The translations under genes were made by a program, and so were the position numbers. Below the pieces are notes generated by a model that saw only the letters and a list, made by a program, of their open reading frames with translations, had not been told where the DNA came from and searched no databases. DNA of 64,000 bases from Camelus ferus (Eukaryota). How positions within the stretch are numbered: position 1 is the stretch's first letter; each line of letters opens with the position of its first letter. The stretch spans positions 92,380,001 to 92,444,000 of the forward strand of contig NC_045701.1 in the NCBI RefSeq assembly GCF_009834535.1. The letters run 5' to 3'. Below, one piece after another: positions 62,986 to 64,000 of the stretch.

Positions 62986-63873
62986 AGTGTATGAATTCAC
63001 TGACTATCCCTCAGTGCCCTTTAAACACTCACTGGATGCCCATCTCATCATTACCTCGAACTCACCCAGTGTTCCAGCTGACTGTGCTCTTGCTGACACA
63101 GCCCTGTCCACACAGGACCTCTGCTGAATGCTGACTAGAGCCCCTCCTCTGCCGAGCAGGGGGCCTTGCTGTCTGGTCTCCACCCCTGTTCCCCTTTTCT
63201 TGGGAGGAACACTGCCTGGGGAGCACAACACAGCACGTCCAGATTCTTCTCTTGTCCTTCCTCCACACCACTTCCCTTGCTTAGCATGTCCTGCCCTATC
63301 TAAATCCAACGCCTCCTTTAGAGTCCAAATTATTCTGCAGTGTTTTCTGTATTCAGTAATCATATTACCTATGCTGATCTTCTCCACCCAGCTAGCTGAC
63401 AAATTCTGAGGTGGAAGAGCCAGTATTAACTCTTCTCAATTTAATAAACAAATCTGTATGAAGGTCCTACTATTTCAAAGGTTTTGTATAAAGGGGAACA
63501 CAATAATCTTTGGTCTTCATGAAGTTATCACAGGGAAAAGAAAACCAGATGAACAACCTGACATGGAACAAACACTGCAAGGCCTCCATGGACAGAGGAC
63601 TTGCTTGGTGAGTAGTGATACCGAGAGAGACTTCACATGGGAGCTGGATCCACCTCCCAGCTTATTTCAGACGGCTATGGAAAGGGTCAAGTCACATAAC
63701 ATGCTATTTTACAAACAGCATTTGTAACATCCTATCCCTGTGTAATAGAACAGCTTTTATTTTAATTACTCAATTCTTTATTACCTCAGATAACAAAGAA
63801 TCAGAAACTATTCTGCACTCGATAAACATTAGATTTTATGCACTCAGTCATCTTTTTAGAGCCTAATACATAC

Positions 63874-64000
63874 CATTTCCCCTCCACACTTCCGCCAAAT
63901 GGCAACTGCCTTCTCCAGGTTCTTTGCAAAATTCTACGACATCTCGACATGTTGTCTCTGGTGTTATAGGAACTTCTGTTAAAATCTGTTCATTGTTGCT
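63874..64000 (-). CDS. PPP1R13B: PPP1R13B exon 2, truncated by the window edge ([42 protein letters not shown])
   Basis: Matches the recalled human ASPP1 N-terminus; GTATGT donor at 63872-63873. Confidence 0.95.

Overview
Mammalian genomic DNA, most likely a camelid (inferred from three tRNA-Ala-derived camelid-type SINEs), syntenic with the human XRCC3-ZFYVE21-PPP1R13B cluster. It holds the 5' part of XRCC3 (minus strand; a putative non-coding exon 1 and four coding exons, with the 3' end off-window left), the complete ZFYVE21 gene (plus strand; 7 coding exons giving 234 aa, plus a 54-nt cassette exon) and PPP1R13B/ASPP1 exons 2 (partial) to 17 (minus strand). All exon boundaries were placed by hand from splice dinucleotides and recalled human protein sequences. 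XRCC3 and ZFYVE21 share a CpG-island bidirectional promoter with eight CCAAT boxes. ZFYVE21 and PPP1R13B end tail-to-tail with interleaved poly(A) signals. The left ~31 kb is GC-rich; the rest is AT-richer and dense in L1, MIR, MLT1, ERV LTR and SINE remnants. I found no convincing new multi-gene system, and almost all ORFs in the supplied track are spurious. Best leads: a C/D-box-like sequence beside the exon 2 donor, a GC-AG intron, perfect IR0 and DR2 nuclear-receptor elements, two ASPP1 substitutions in conserved motifs, an in-frame stop-free last intron of ZFYVE21, antisense solo LTRs and a local 177-bp duplication.
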